A stretch of 62,581 nt of DNA from a virus: the IMG/VR virus record IMGVR_UViG_3300045988_172680, one strand, 5' to 3'. The notes below the pieces were generated by a model, which made no database searches, was not told the DNA's origin, and saw only the letters and a program-made list of their open reading frames with translations. The position numbers and the translations under genes are program-made. Shown here in pieces: positions 29,650 to 38,917 of the stretch (its first letter is position 1; every line of letters begins with the position of its first letter).

Positions 29650-30104
29650 GAGAACAGCCTCTTGTACCAGGGACGGGAATCATTCTTGTTGTATTTGAAG
29701 ACTTTGAACTGTACGGCAATCAGGTCGTCGATGTTGAACGTGATGGACCCGTTGATGTCATAGTCAGCATAGGCAAAGATGGTGTAGGCCGTGACGTAAC
29801 CATAACGGTCAGACGCTGTGAGCACGATATCAGGGCGACGCATATCATAGCCAAGAGCGTCGATGATGCATTGGGTTCTATCCACCACAGGTTCGATGTT
29901 GAACGTCAGAGGTCTGCCGCCATGTTCCAGATACAGCAGGCATTCCATCTGTTTAGGGAAGTTCAGCCCGATATGCTTTCCGACCAACGCCTGATTACCA
30001 CCGGTCTGCGCCATGCGACATATGGCGTTGTACACATCACCGCTGTTATGCACGTCCCAACTTTCATGCACCCGAGTGCGCGGCTTGAATGTTTCGTGTC
30101 CCAT
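29646..30104 (-). CDS. Hypothetical protein (152 aa); position matches DUF2815-like ssDNA-binding proteins of related replication modules
   Basis: Sits between the Cas4-like exonuclease and the VRR-NUC gene. No diagnostic motif seen. Confidence 0.3.
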   Translation of the reverse strand: MGHETFKPRTRVHESWDVHNSGDVYNAICRMAQTGGNQALVGKHIGLNFPKQMECLLYLEHGGRPLTFNIEPVVDRTQCIIDALGYDMRRPDIVLTASDRYGYVTAYTIFAYADYDINGSITFNIDDLIAVQFKVFKYNKNDSRPWYKRLFS

Positions 30105-30107
30105 AAT

Positions 30108-30794
30108 TTACCTCATACATTTGGGTGTGTTGTTGAAGTCGCACCACCGGCAGAACTTGTTGGACGTGGGAGGGAAATGATTGTTCTTGAGCGCCTGCTC
30201 CATGTCTCCGAGCAGCTCCAGGACATCCTGTACCGGGGCCAGGCCGTTGCGGAAGTCAATGACGCCATCGACTTCTTCGCCGCTGTCCACATACCAATAG
30301 GCGTAGCGAACCACAGCACGCTGATACAAGATGTGCGTGAGCAAGCATTCGACCCTGAGCTGGAAGTCGTCGATGTCCCACTTCTTCCCAGTCTTGATGT
30401 CGATAAGCAAGGCGGGTTCTGCTGCATCGGCAGGGAGGACCAAGGCATCCGCCCGGGCCCTGATACGCGCATCATCATCCCACCAGCCAGTCTTGCCACC
30501 GTTCGCGTTCAGGACAAGCTCGTGTTCGGTGTACAGGGACGCCCCCTGAGACATGAGTCGACGAACTTCCTCGACGCAATCACGAACGAAGTCCACGTCA
30601 ATGGTAGCGTCCCAGGAAACATCATCACTCCAGCCGTAATGGAGCCTGCGCTGGATGGCGGTATGGATGGTCTGCCCACGGGACTTGGAACCGCTGGCTT
30701 TCCATTTGATTTCCTTGCTTATGGACTGCCCCCAGAAACGCAACGGGCAATCCCTGAAGGTCTGCATGTTGCTCGGGGAGTAAACGAAAGGCAT
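30108..30794 (-). CDS. Cas4-like / DUF2800-like PD-(D/E)xK exonuclease
   Basis: DIKTGK and QLRVECLLTHILY motifs plus a C-terminal Cys cluster (CRWCDF..C) typical of Cas4/RecB-family phage exonucleases. Confidence 0.55.
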   Translation of the reverse strand: MPFVYSPSNMQTFRDCPLRFWGQSISKEIKWKASGSKSRGQTIHTAIQRRLHYGWSDDVSWDATIDVDFVRDCVEEVRRLMSQGASLYTEHELVLNANGGKTGWWDDDARIRARADALVLPADAAEPALLIDIKTGKKWDIDDFQLRVECLLTHILYQRAVVRYAYWYVDSGEEVDGVIDFRNGLAPVQDVLELLGDMEQALKNNHFPPTSNKFCRWCDFNNTPKCMR

Positions 30795-30805
30795 GTGCTG
30801 TCCTC

Positions 30806-33331
30806 CTAGACGATTTCGAAGGTCGTCCCTATCTCCGCTTCACACGCCACAGGCAAACCATTGAGAGCAGGCGGGACTATGGACATGTAGTGGAGCATCT
30901 GCTGCTTCACATACTCGCCCTGCTCTTCCGGCACGACAGATGCCCAGGCGTCGTGGATGTTGCAGGCCAGCTTGATTCCGGCCTCATCCATCCGACAACC
31001 TTGATACATAATAACGTCAACGAAGGAAAGACCCTGAACGAGATTATTTGTAAACGCCCCCCCATAAATATGGGTAGGAATTTTGGAAGCACCCTTGTAA
31101 GTATCATAGAGGAACTGCCACTTTCCCCGGTCGTTACGCTCGGCACGCAGGCCGGGGTAGCGCAGGATGTAGCCGCTCGGGAACCGGACAGACGGCACAC
31201 ACAGGTCAGTCCTGGGGCCCACCGGCATGATGCCGAAGGTGTAGATGTCGTTGTTGGGACCGCCGAAGGTCCCGGATTCGCCACGCAGCATGGCCTCCAG
31301 AACATTCTCTGCCGTCTTCCAGAAGGCGACGATGTTGGGATGTGCTGCCCTGTAGATGCCGTGGGCATAACGAGCCAGCTCATGGTGACGGTCGAGGTCT
31401 TCGTGCAGGTGGATTCCCTGCCGCAGCAGCGTGTTGCTATATTTTGTGTGGCCTACACCGTATCCACAATTATGCACCATCAGTACCGTCCCCCCCTGAC
31501 GTATCAGGAAACGGTTGTTCGGGCCACAGTTCTTCAGGTCGTACACCTTTTGTATGCAATCGGTATCGGATGGCTCCGATTGCACACGCTGCTCTGTACT
31601 GAAACTACGAATGCCCTGTACGTCGTCAGCTTGCACTGAATCACCAGCCCACTGTTTGGCCGAGTTCAAATACAGGGGTTCGGCTATCAATTCGGCTGCC
31701 GTTCTCCATGAGGACCCGTCGAATACCAAATGGTCTGGAGTCATGTTTACCCCATCCACGTCAATTGTGTTCCTCAACCCGTTGTAAACTAGTCCTTCGT
31801 GTCTCACCCATGATACACCATCCCAGACTTTATCATTGGAATGGATTGTATCAATGCGTTTCCACCCCGTATCTGTCAATACCTCCACCGTACCCGCAAG
31901 ACACGACAGGATACCGGTCTTTCCGGTGTTACGGTACATTTTCATCTTCTTGTCGCCAGACTTGGCCCCAGCCTTGATGTCCTGCCACGGCACGCCGAAG
32001 ATGGTCTCGGCCAGTTCCGAATACGGGTCACGTCCTTCACGGAACTGCGTGAGCAGCCCGACCTCATTGGCCACGAAGGCCAGTCCCCGTGCTTCAATCT
32101 GGGAAGAGTCGCAGGCCACGACGACATGGCCTTCCGGGACCTTGATGGCTTGCCGGAGCTTGCGCTTGGAAGGGTCCCGCTTGCTCAGGTTTTGGAACTG
32201 GAGCTTGTCGGTCTTCGTCCCGGCGTCGGCGGAAGCACCGGCGGAGTACCGCCCCGTATGCGCCAGCCACGCCCCGAGCATGATGGGCAGGGGTTTATGC
32301 ATCCGGGCAAACTTGAGCAAGGTCTCAGCCCTGCTGCGGTCGATGCTGCTGTTAAGTTGCAACCGGGTACGCACGAGAAGCGCGACACGAGGGTCGGGAT
32401 GGTCTTGCATGAGGACGAAGTCCACGTCGGTCTTGCTGAAGGCATAGGTCATCACAGGCTGCATGTTCTCCAGCTCTTCAGCCGCTCCCGGAACCCCTGC
32501 ATCCGCAGCGAGCTGGAGCTTTTCCCTCTTGGTCTTGGTCTTTGCCGCACTCTCTTTGAGCGGCGGTTCAATACCCAGGGAGCGCAGCATACCGGCGAAC
32601 TTGTCAGCCGAACGCAGCGCAGCCAGCATGTCTGCGTTGGTTTGGAACGAGAACATGGCCATGAGTTCTTGCCGTGCCTTGTCCGCAGCAGCGTCGAGGT
32701 CGGACAGGTATTCCAGCAGCAGGTCTTCATCCAGCACGAACGAAGGCTCCGTAGCCATACGCGCCGTGATGGACATGAAGCGCAGAGCATCAGGCGTCAT
32801 GTAAGGCATCATGGCCTGAGCATTGCGATAGCATTGCCCGGCGTCGTCTTTACAGTATTGGATGAAGAACGCCCGCTCTTCCGGCTTGAAGTCGTCCGGC
32901 CATTGCTTGTGGTCACTGACGACGGTACCGGCAGCCTTGTGGCCGTTGCCGAGGAACTCGGTGAGGGCGGCATGGCTCTCACGACACACACGGGATAAGC
33001 CTGTCCACCGCATCATGGCGATGGTGTCCCATATTTTCCGGGGATGGAAGTCGAAGAACTCCGACAGGATGAGACTGTCGAAGCCATGCATGTTATGCCC
33101 GCACCAGGCAACATCATGCGCATCCAGATTTTTGAACGTCGTTTGTAGACGCTCATGCTCGACATCGGAACAGTCGACGCAGCAGGCGCCATTGGACATG
33201 GCGAAAGCGCAAAGCTGCGGAGCAAAGTTTTCGTTGCGGACATACTCGATGGGACCCATCTTCGACAGCGTGTACGTCTTGCTGTCCCAGTAGGTCTCGA
33301 AGTCTATGACGACAAGTGTGCTTTCAGGCAT
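30806..33331 (-). CDS. Family A DNA polymerase (T7-like, with 3'-5' exonuclease) interrupted by a mini-intein in motif B
   Basis: Exo I VVIDFETY. Motif A ACDSSQIEARGLA. Motif B MYRNTGKTGILS, then intein, then CGYGVG. Motif C NIHDAW. Start trimmed to the ATG with a GGAG RBS. Confidence 0.85.
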   Translation of the reverse strand: MPESTLVVIDFETYWDSKTYTLSKMGPIEYVRNENFAPQLCAFAMSNGACCVDCSDVEHERLQTTFKNLDAHDVAWCGHNMHGFDSLILSEFFDFHPRKIWDTIAMMRWTGLSRVCRESHAALTEFLGNGHKAAGTVVSDHKQWPDDFKPEERAFFIQYCKDDAGQCYRNAQAMMPYMTPDALRFMSITARMATEPSFVLDEDLLLEYLSDLDAAADKARQELMAMFSFQTNADMLAALRSADKFAGMLRSLGIEPPLKESAAKTKTKREKLQLAADAGVPGAAEELENMQPVMTYAFSKTDVDFVLMQDHPDPRVALLVRTRLQLNSSIDRSRAETLLKFARMHKPLPIMLGAWLAHTGRYSAGASADAGTKTDKLQFQNLSKRDPSKRKLRQAIKVPEGHVVVACDSSQIEARGLAFVANEVGLLTQFREGRDPYSELAETIFGVPWQDIKAGAKSGDKKMKMYRNTGKTGILSCLAGTVEVLTDTGWKRIDTIHSNDKVWDGVSWVRHEGLVYNGLRNTIDVDGVNMTPDHLVFDGSSWRTAAELIAEPLYLNSAKQWAGDSVQADDVQGIRSFSTEQRVQSEPSDTDCIQKVYDLKNCGPNNRFLIRQGGTVLMVHNCGYGVGHTKYSNTLLRQGIHLHEDLDRHHELARYAHGIYRAAHPNIVAFWKTAENVLEAMLRGESGTFGGPNNDIYTFGIMPVGPRTDLCVPSVRFPSGYILRYPGLRAERNDRGKWQFLYDTYKGASKIPTHIYGGAFTNNLVQGLSFVDVIMYQGCRMDEAGIKLACNIHDAWASVVPEEQGEYVKQQMLHYMSIVPPALNGLPVACEAEIGTTFEIV
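31469..31903 (-). mobile_element. Mini-intein (145 aa, Hint domain only) inserted in DNA polymerase motif B
   Basis: Block A CLAGTVEVL (Cys1). Block B MTPDHLVF. Blocks F/G VYDLKNCGPNNRFLIRQGGTVLMVHN. The +1 extein residue is Cys (CGYGVG). No homing-endonuclease domain. Confidence 0.8.
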
Positions 33332-33378
33332 GATGCATCTCCAAAGGGAGGGGCTGCTGCCCCTCCCTCGCATACTGG

Positions 33379-34053
33379 TTAGACGAAGTATTCCTTGAAG
33401 GTGGGGTTCTGCGCAGGGAACTTGACGTTGACCTGCTTGCGCTGCTCAGGCGTCAGGTCGGTGACGAACTTGATGAATCCCTCGGGCAGATTGGACATGG
33501 TCGCAGCGTCGCCGATGTTGTTACGCATCGTATCCATGGCATACAAGGCGAGTCCGACGTTGTTACCGGTGAGCGGCCACCCCTCGATATTCAGCGGCAC
33601 GAACTCATCCTGCTCACTGTCGTAAGTACACAGCAGAGTCCCCGTAGACTGGGCAGCAGGCGCCGGGTCAGTAAGCTGGGCAGCGGGAGCCGGAGCAGGC
33701 TGGGCCACGGGAGCCGGAGCAGGCTGGGCCCCGGGAGCCGGAGCAGGCTGGGCCCCGGGAGCCGGAGCAGGCTGGGCCCCGGGAGCCGGAGCAGGCTGGG
33801 CCCCGGGAGCCGGAGCAGGCTGGGCCACGGGAGCCGGAGCAGGCTGGGCCCCGGGAGCCGGAGCTTCGTCATCGGCCTTCTTTTTACGCGGCGCACGTTT
33901 CTTCGGAGCCGCAGCCTTCAGCGCTTCGACTTCTTCCCGAAGCGCCTGGACATCCGCATTCAGCGTCTTGATGCGGTTGTTCATCTTGGGAAGGATGATT
34001 TTGAGGATGACCTCGATGGGAGGCATGTTCTGTACGTCTTCTTGGATACTCAT
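33379..34053 (-). CDS. Hypothetical protein with a (PAPGAQ/PAPVAQ) repeat linker (224 aa)
   Basis: RBS AAGGAGGGTATAG. N-terminal coiled coil, Lys-rich, then 30-bp DNA repeats. Confidence 0.45.
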   Translation of the reverse strand: MSIQEDVQNMPPIEVILKIILPKMNNRIKTLNADVQALREEVEALKAAAPKKRAPRKKKADDEAPAPGAQPAPAPVAQPAPAPGAQPAPAPGAQPAPAPGAQPAPAPGAQPAPAPVAQPAPAPAAQLTDPAPAAQSTGTLLCTYDSEQDEFVPLNIEGWPLTGNNVGLALYAMDTMRNNIGDAATMSNLPEGFIKFVTDLTPEQRKQVNVKFPAQNPTFKEYFV

Positions 34054-34065
34054 TCTATACCCTCC

Positions 34066-34278
34066 TTATGGATTTGTCTCGTTATCTAACATTTTATATG
34101 TGCTGTCAAGCCCGCTCCACATGACAGCGAGGGCCGCATCCAGGATTTTACCTTCATCATCGGACACTTTCACCAGCAGCCGGGCCCGGGTCATCCAGCG
34201 CGCCGCTGTTTCGCGGCGCTCCTGGATGAAGTCCCTGTTGTGTTGGTGAAACAGTCGCCAGAAACGCTGCTTCAACAT
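34066..34278 (-). CDS. Small protein (70 aa) translationally coupled to the HicA-like gene; possible antitoxin partner
   Basis: Strong RBS GGAGGAAAG inside the 3' end of the upstream gene. The ATG lies 3 nt after that gene's stop. Confidence 0.3.
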   Translation of the reverse strand: MLKQRFWRLFHQHNRDFIQERRETAARWMTRARLLVKVSDDEGKILDAALAVMWSGLDSTYKMLDNETNP

Positions 34279-34481
34279 CTTTCCTCCAGCTTCCGCACCG
34301 TGGCTTTGAAGTTCTTCAGCTTCCTCGACAGCTTCCCTTCCTTGCTGCTGGTAGCCATGTTGATGATGGAACCATTGTCGTGCTGCAACTTGATGTGTTT
34401 GTTGTGACTGACCAGTCTCCACCCACGACCGAGCATGTCCTTGATGAAGCGGTTCACATCCTTGTTGGTGTTATACTTCAT
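34272..34481 (-). CDS. HicA/YcfA-like small protein (69 aa), putative toxin
   Basis: FIKDMLGRGWRLVSHNKHIKLQHDNGSIINMATSS parallels the HicA pattern (GW.lv...gsHh....p.G..itvp). Confidence 0.35.
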   Translation of the reverse strand: MKYNTNKDVNRFIKDMLGRGWRLVSHNKHIKLQHDNGSIINMATSSKEGKLSRKLKNFKATVRKLEERC

Positions 34482-36327
34482 ATGCCCGCACCATTCCCTT
34501 GCGGAGCATGTCACACATTCCGTCCGCCAATTCGTGGATACTGTTGACGATAATGCTATGGGCGCTGTCCATGAAGGTATTGATAGCCTTCGTCTGCAGC
34601 CCGATGCCGTAGACCTCGATGCCGGAACGCTTCGCCAGATTGAGAGCCATGGTCACAGACCCGACATTGTCCGGGAACCCGTCGGTGAAGAACAGGATGA
34701 TGCGACGCACGTCAGGGCCGTCGGAAAACTGCGACGTGAGTTCGACAAGCGATGCCCCGAGCGGCGTACCGCCGACGGCAGACAAGATGACTTCATGTAC
34801 GGGGCCGCCATAGTCAGACATGACGAACATTTCTCCGTTGGAGAACCCGCTCAGAGAAGACTTGACCCCCGGCAGAGCCCGCAGCGCCTTGAGACAACCG
34901 AGAGCCATGCACTGCGCCATTTCGTTGTTGGTATACTTGTCGTAATTAGGTGATTCCATGCTGCCGCTGGCGTCGAACAACAGGGCTACCTCAGTTACAC
35001 GGCGCAACCGCTGCACTTTTTTGGAAAAAATCCTGCCGTCCCCGACGGACGCCCGATGCAGCACATGCGCATCCAGGCGAGCGCCGCACAGGCCGGTGCT
35101 GTGCCGTACCAAGGTCATGGTCTGCAACACGTCGGCAAGCCTGCCGTAAAGGTTGTACATCACAACGTCCATGTCGCCCCGTTGCTCAGGACTCAGCGCG
35201 TGTACATGACTGCGATCGGTGATATACACAGGCTTGCCGTCAGCCAATGCGTCCATCTTGTGCTTGTCGAGCAGCTTGTCCAGTCTCTCCGCAGTATGAG
35301 AGAACATGGAATAATCCATGAACGCCAGGTCTGCATCGGAGATTTGGTTGTTGTCTTCAAGCGAGTCCGTCATAGCCCGCACAGCATCCAGGAAACGCCT
35401 ACGGATATTACCCTTATCATCCCGTTGCATATCATACAAATCAGACGACATAGCGGAAACAGCCATGGTACTGATAACAACAGACTTCTTCCTCGAAGCA
35501 TTCGCATTCTTCGAGGAATCGCCGGTGTCACCAGACGAGGAATCGCTTGTGTCACCGGAAGATGTTCCGTTGCTGTTGGTGCCTTGTGCCGTATTCGTAT
35601 AGTCTTCAAGGACTTCGATGACGATACGGATAAACTCCCGGGCAGCACGCTCCACGTTCCAATCCTGCACGAAGATGTCACCGATGCCCCACACAGCGTC
35701 CAGATGACGGGTGTATTCTGTGTAGTCTTCGACCAGAACATCGGCCTTCATGTCATCGTACAAGAGCTGGGCAGACTCTTCCAGCGCCGGATTTATGAGC
35801 GACCTGACACGCATGAACAGGAGACTGTAGAGTCTTCCGGCCATACCATCGCCCATCATCTTACTCACAGAGCAGCAGTCCTGGAACAGATACTCGCTCA
35901 ACTTATTGAGGTTCGTTCTGGAGCCTGGGAAGTCAATGCCCATGAGCCGTTCGATACGCACGTCTTCAAGAATACTGACAACCATAGAGGCATAATCATG
36001 GAGAAAATCTTTGAGCGTGACTGAAGCCCCTGGCTTGTATCGCAGGCAGTCAGCCACGACAGACCTGTACATGTTTACATAGGTCTCGAAGTCCGTAAAC
36101 TTGACGTGCCCGCATTCATGGTCGATGTAGCCGCGCAGGTAGCGCCACTGTTCCTCAGTCATATACGGGGAGAAGGGGACTTGCAGGACATAGCCGTCTT
36201 TGTCCTTCCGGCACCATGCCGGTGCATCGAACTTGTCCGCTATTGAGCAGACCCCGGGCTGAATCTTGCTTCTGTACTGTGCCGACATCATACGACATAG
36301 TAACACAACATCTAATATATCATACAT
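34471..36327 (-). CDS. vWA-domain protein (CobT-like)
   Basis: C-terminal von Willebrand A/MIDAS motif LLFDASGSM...TDG. Start trimmed to the ATG with an AAGAGGTGA RBS (the track starts at an upstream GTG). Confidence 0.55.
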   Translation of the reverse strand: MYDILDVVLLCRMMSAQYRSKIQPGVCSIADKFDAPAWCRKDKDGYVLQVPFSPYMTEEQWRYLRGYIDHECGHVKFTDFETYVNMYRSVVADCLRYKPGASVTLKDFLHDYASMVVSILEDVRIERLMGIDFPGSRTNLNKLSEYLFQDCCSVSKMMGDGMAGRLYSLLFMRVRSLINPALEESAQLLYDDMKADVLVEDYTEYTRHLDAVWGIGDIFVQDWNVERAAREFIRIVIEVLEDYTNTAQGTNSNGTSSGDTSDSSSGDTGDSSKNANASRKKSVVISTMAVSAMSSDLYDMQRDDKGNIRRRFLDAVRAMTDSLEDNNQISDADLAFMDYSMFSHTAERLDKLLDKHKMDALADGKPVYITDRSHVHALSPEQRGDMDVVMYNLYGRLADVLQTMTLVRHSTGLCGARLDAHVLHRASVGDGRIFSKKVQRLRRVTEVALLFDASGSMESPNYDKYTNNEMAQCMALGCLKALRALPGVKSSLSGFSNGEMFVMSDYGGPVHEVILSAVGGTPLGASLVELTSQFSDGPDVRRIILFFTDGFPDNVGSVTMALNLAKRSGIEVYGIGLQTKAINTFMDSAHSIIVNSIHELADGMCDMLRKGMVRAYEV

Positions 36328-36435
36328 AGGTGTCACCTCTTACATGTTTCAATCCACAGTCGCCCCCGTCCGCCGACTGACTCCGTAGCCGACGGATAGG
36401 GGTCGTGCGGATTGGCCCTCCCTGAAGGGAGGATG

Positions 36436-37374
36436 TCAAATGAAGTCAGCGAGAAGGGCAGCGAGACTGTCGTCGGCAGCGGTGGGCTGGCTGGTGACGA
36501 CGGGGGCCACAGGCTCGGGCGTCTCCACGGGAGCAGCAGGCTCAGGCATATCGAGACTGTCCTTCTCGAAGTCATAGATGCGGGTCTCCTGTGTCACGGC
36601 GGCCACGGCCTCGGGCGTGGAGAGCCCGGTCAGGAAGGCACGCACGACATTCACGTCGGTGCTGTTGACCACGATACTGCGGAGCAGATGGGCCAGATGG
36701 GCAAAGCCGGGATGCACGAAGAACATGTTGTCACACCGGTCGGCGAGGGTGTCGAGGCAGCAGAAGGACTTGCTGGTCACGGGCGTCGTGCGGTCATCGC
36801 CAAACACCTGCTCCCTGATGCGGGCAATCTCGGCGGCGATGGTGGCGGCAGCCGTTGACGGAGCCTCGGAAGTCGCATCCCGGGCATCGTAGTTCTCGGT
36901 CTGCACCTTGAGGACGTAGTACCTGAACGCGAACTTCTTCCCGATGGCCGTGCTGTCGGGCAAGGCGGCACGGATGATGCCCTCCCATTCAGGGAATTGC
37001 TGGAGCCAGTTCGACGCCCCATCCTCATAGGTGGAGATGAACGTACCGACGCTGCGGTCGAACTCTCCGCGCAGCTTGTCGAGCTCGGCAGTCAGGTTGT
37101 TGAGGACGCCATTGTCCACCAGCCAGCCTCCCATGCAGCGCACACCGTACTGGTCGCAGGTGCGGAACGCCCGGGTCTTCGCCGTGTTGAAGGGGCGCAA
37201 CGCCTGGGGGTCGAAGATGCGCTTGGAACCGAGTGTCGCCAGCGTCTCGGGCGGCATGTCTACCACGGCATCGGGGATGTCTTCGGGGGTGAGGCGGGCC
37301 TTGCCCGTCCAGATGGAGATGTCCAGCTTCAGGTACACGCAGTTGTTCATGTAGCTCACGTTGTTTTCGGCCAT
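36436..37374 (-). CDS. DUF3150-like protein (312 aa)
   Basis: RBS AGGAGGAAAG. Proteins of this family commonly sit with CobS/CobT-like pairs in phages and plasmids. Assignment from memory only. Confidence 0.3.
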   Translation of the reverse strand: MAENNVSYMNNCVYLKLDISIWTGKARLTPEDIPDAVVDMPPETLATLGSKRIFDPQALRPFNTAKTRAFRTCDQYGVRCMGGWLVDNGVLNNLTAELDKLRGEFDRSVGTFISTYEDGASNWLQQFPEWEGIIRAALPDSTAIGKKFAFRYYVLKVQTENYDARDATSEAPSTAAATIAAEIARIREQVFGDDRTTPVTSKSFCCLDTLADRCDNMFFVHPGFAHLAHLLRSIVVNSTDVNVVRAFLTGLSTPEAVAAVTQETRIYDFEKDSLDMPEPAAPVETPEPVAPVVTSQPTAADDSLAALLADFI

Positions 37375-37386
37375 GGTGCTTTCCTC

Positions 37387-37707
37387 CTAATTGTTGAAAC
37401 TGTCCCTGATGATATGGGCCGCAGTCTTCAGCGTGCACACGCACTCGCACTCGGACACGGCCCGCGTACCGTTGAGCCTTTCGTTCTTGCTGGCGATGCC
37501 GTGACGGACAAGCGGAACGAGCTTGTCCCACAGCTTGATGGGGATGTCGTTGAAGTGAACGTCCTTCGACGCCCGGATGATGTCTTCACCGATGCACGTC
37601 CGCACGACTTCCGTCACATACGGCGTCACGAACTGGCCGTAGTACAGATGAAAGGCTTCGATGCTGTCGCCGGTACGGGAAAGTTCCAGATATTCTTCAT
37701 GCGTCAT
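37387..37707 (-). CDS. Hypothetical protein (106 aa)
   Basis: ORF contiguous within the operon. Confidence 0.35.
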   Translation of the reverse strand: MTHEEYLELSRTGDSIEAFHLYYGQFVTPYVTEVVRTCIGEDIIRASKDVHFNDIPIKLWDKLVPLVRHGIASKNERLNGTRAVSECECVCTLKTAAHIIRDSFNN

Positions 37708-37717
37708 CGTCGTACCC

Positions 37718-38251
37718 TCACATGCTGCGCTTGATGTCTGCGATGGCCGACCAAGCGGAGGCCACCATGCGCTGGATGATGCGGGTGCTGTTATCGAGCA
37801 GGAACTCTTCGGCCTGGGCCACGGTCATGCCGAGCATATCGGCCACATCCTCAGACGTGATGACGGGCGGTCGCAGAGAGTACGTCGTCGGCGCAGGCAC
37901 GGCGGTCAAATCCTTCCACTCCAGCCTGTGCACGGAGATGATATTGAAGTCCCCGTACAGGTCTCCCATGTAGTCGGTATCGCCCGTCTCTTCGACGCGC
38001 TTGAACCTGTAGTACGCCTCGGGCATCGAGTTCAGGATGCCCATGAACATGTCGATGGCGTCGTCACAGTACCACTTGATGTCACGCCAGCACAGCAACC
38101 ATTCGTTCTGGCTCTCGGCCTCTTCGTCGGCCCAGCCGAGGAACTCCAGAATATCGTTGCGCATATCCTTCTCGATATTCTCAAGCTGCGCGTTGAAACA
38201 TTCCAAGCCCTTGCTGTTCAGCACCAGGGCGGCGTCACTGTACACACCCAT
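37718..38251 (-). CDS. Hypothetical protein (177 aa)
   Basis: ORF contiguous within the operon. Confidence 0.35.
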   Translation of the reverse strand: MGVYSDAALVLNSKGLECFNAQLENIEKDMRNDILEFLGWADEEAESQNEWLLCWRDIKWYCDDAIDMFMGILNSMPEAYYRFKRVEETGDTDYMGDLYGDFNIISVHRLEWKDLTAVPAPTTYSLRPPVITSEDVADMLGMTVAQAEEFLLDNSTRIIQRMVASAWSAIADIKRSM

Positions 38252-38352
38252 GTTGAATCCTCCATGTTTTCAGCCCTTTATATATAGGCGGCTGGTCGTC
38301 TATGAATCCGGCCACGGCCCCGCACGATGGGAGCCATGGCCGCATGTCTCAC

Positions 38353-38904
38353 TTACACCGCATCGGCATGGCGCACTTCAGGCACACCGGGAAGGCGGAG
38401 CTGGTAGGGACGCACGGCGTCCAGCCTGTCGAGTTCGGCGAGCGCCGTCTGCACGGCGTTGACGTAGCCGTACACACCTTCGTCCGTCTTGATGCGGACG
38501 TTCGTCCCGCGCTCCCTGTACACCAGCGTGTACACCTCGCCGTTGAGCCAGGCATCATAGTCTTCGACGGCATCATTCACGGCCTTGAGCATGGCCTCCG
38601 GCGAACCTGCGAAGGCGAAGATGTCGATGTCCACGACGCCTATCTGCCACGCATCCGGCCCGGCCCCGGCGAACGGCGTCAGGCTGATGTGCACGGCGCT
38701 GTGGTCCATGACGTAGAGCGGCAGGTGGGCATGGTTCGGCATGGGGGTCTGCGAGCGGTGCCAGGTCTGTTCGTCACCGATGCCGTACCTGTTCGGCGCG
38801 CAGATGATACGGATGGCCGGGTGTGCGAACGTCCTCGGGTCGTCGGCGAATTCATCGGGACGGAACTCGACCTTGTGCCGCAGGGAATATTCGGTATGGA
38901 TTGC
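38353..38904 (-). CDS. Hypothetical protein (about 183 aa)
   Basis: Start trimmed to the ATG with an AGGAGG RBS. Confidence 0.35.
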   Translation of the reverse strand, partial: AIHTEYSLRHKVEFRPDEFADDPRTFAHPAIRIICAPNRYGIGDEQTWHRSQTPMPNHAHLPLYVMDHSAVHISLTPFAGAGPDAWQIGVVDIDIFAFAGSPEAMLKAVNDAVEDYDAWLNGEVYTLVYRERGTNVRIKTDEGVYGYVNAVQTALAELDRLDAVRPYQLRLPGVPEVRHADAV

Positions 38905-38917
38905 CATGGTCGTCCTC

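Noticed and set aside
33361-33420. Apparent 1-nt coordinate discrepancy between the printed sequence and ORF-track coordinates around the polymerase start and next gene's stop
   Set aside because: Likely my transcription or parsing of this line. Coordinates elsewhere agree with the track, so track coordinates were used.
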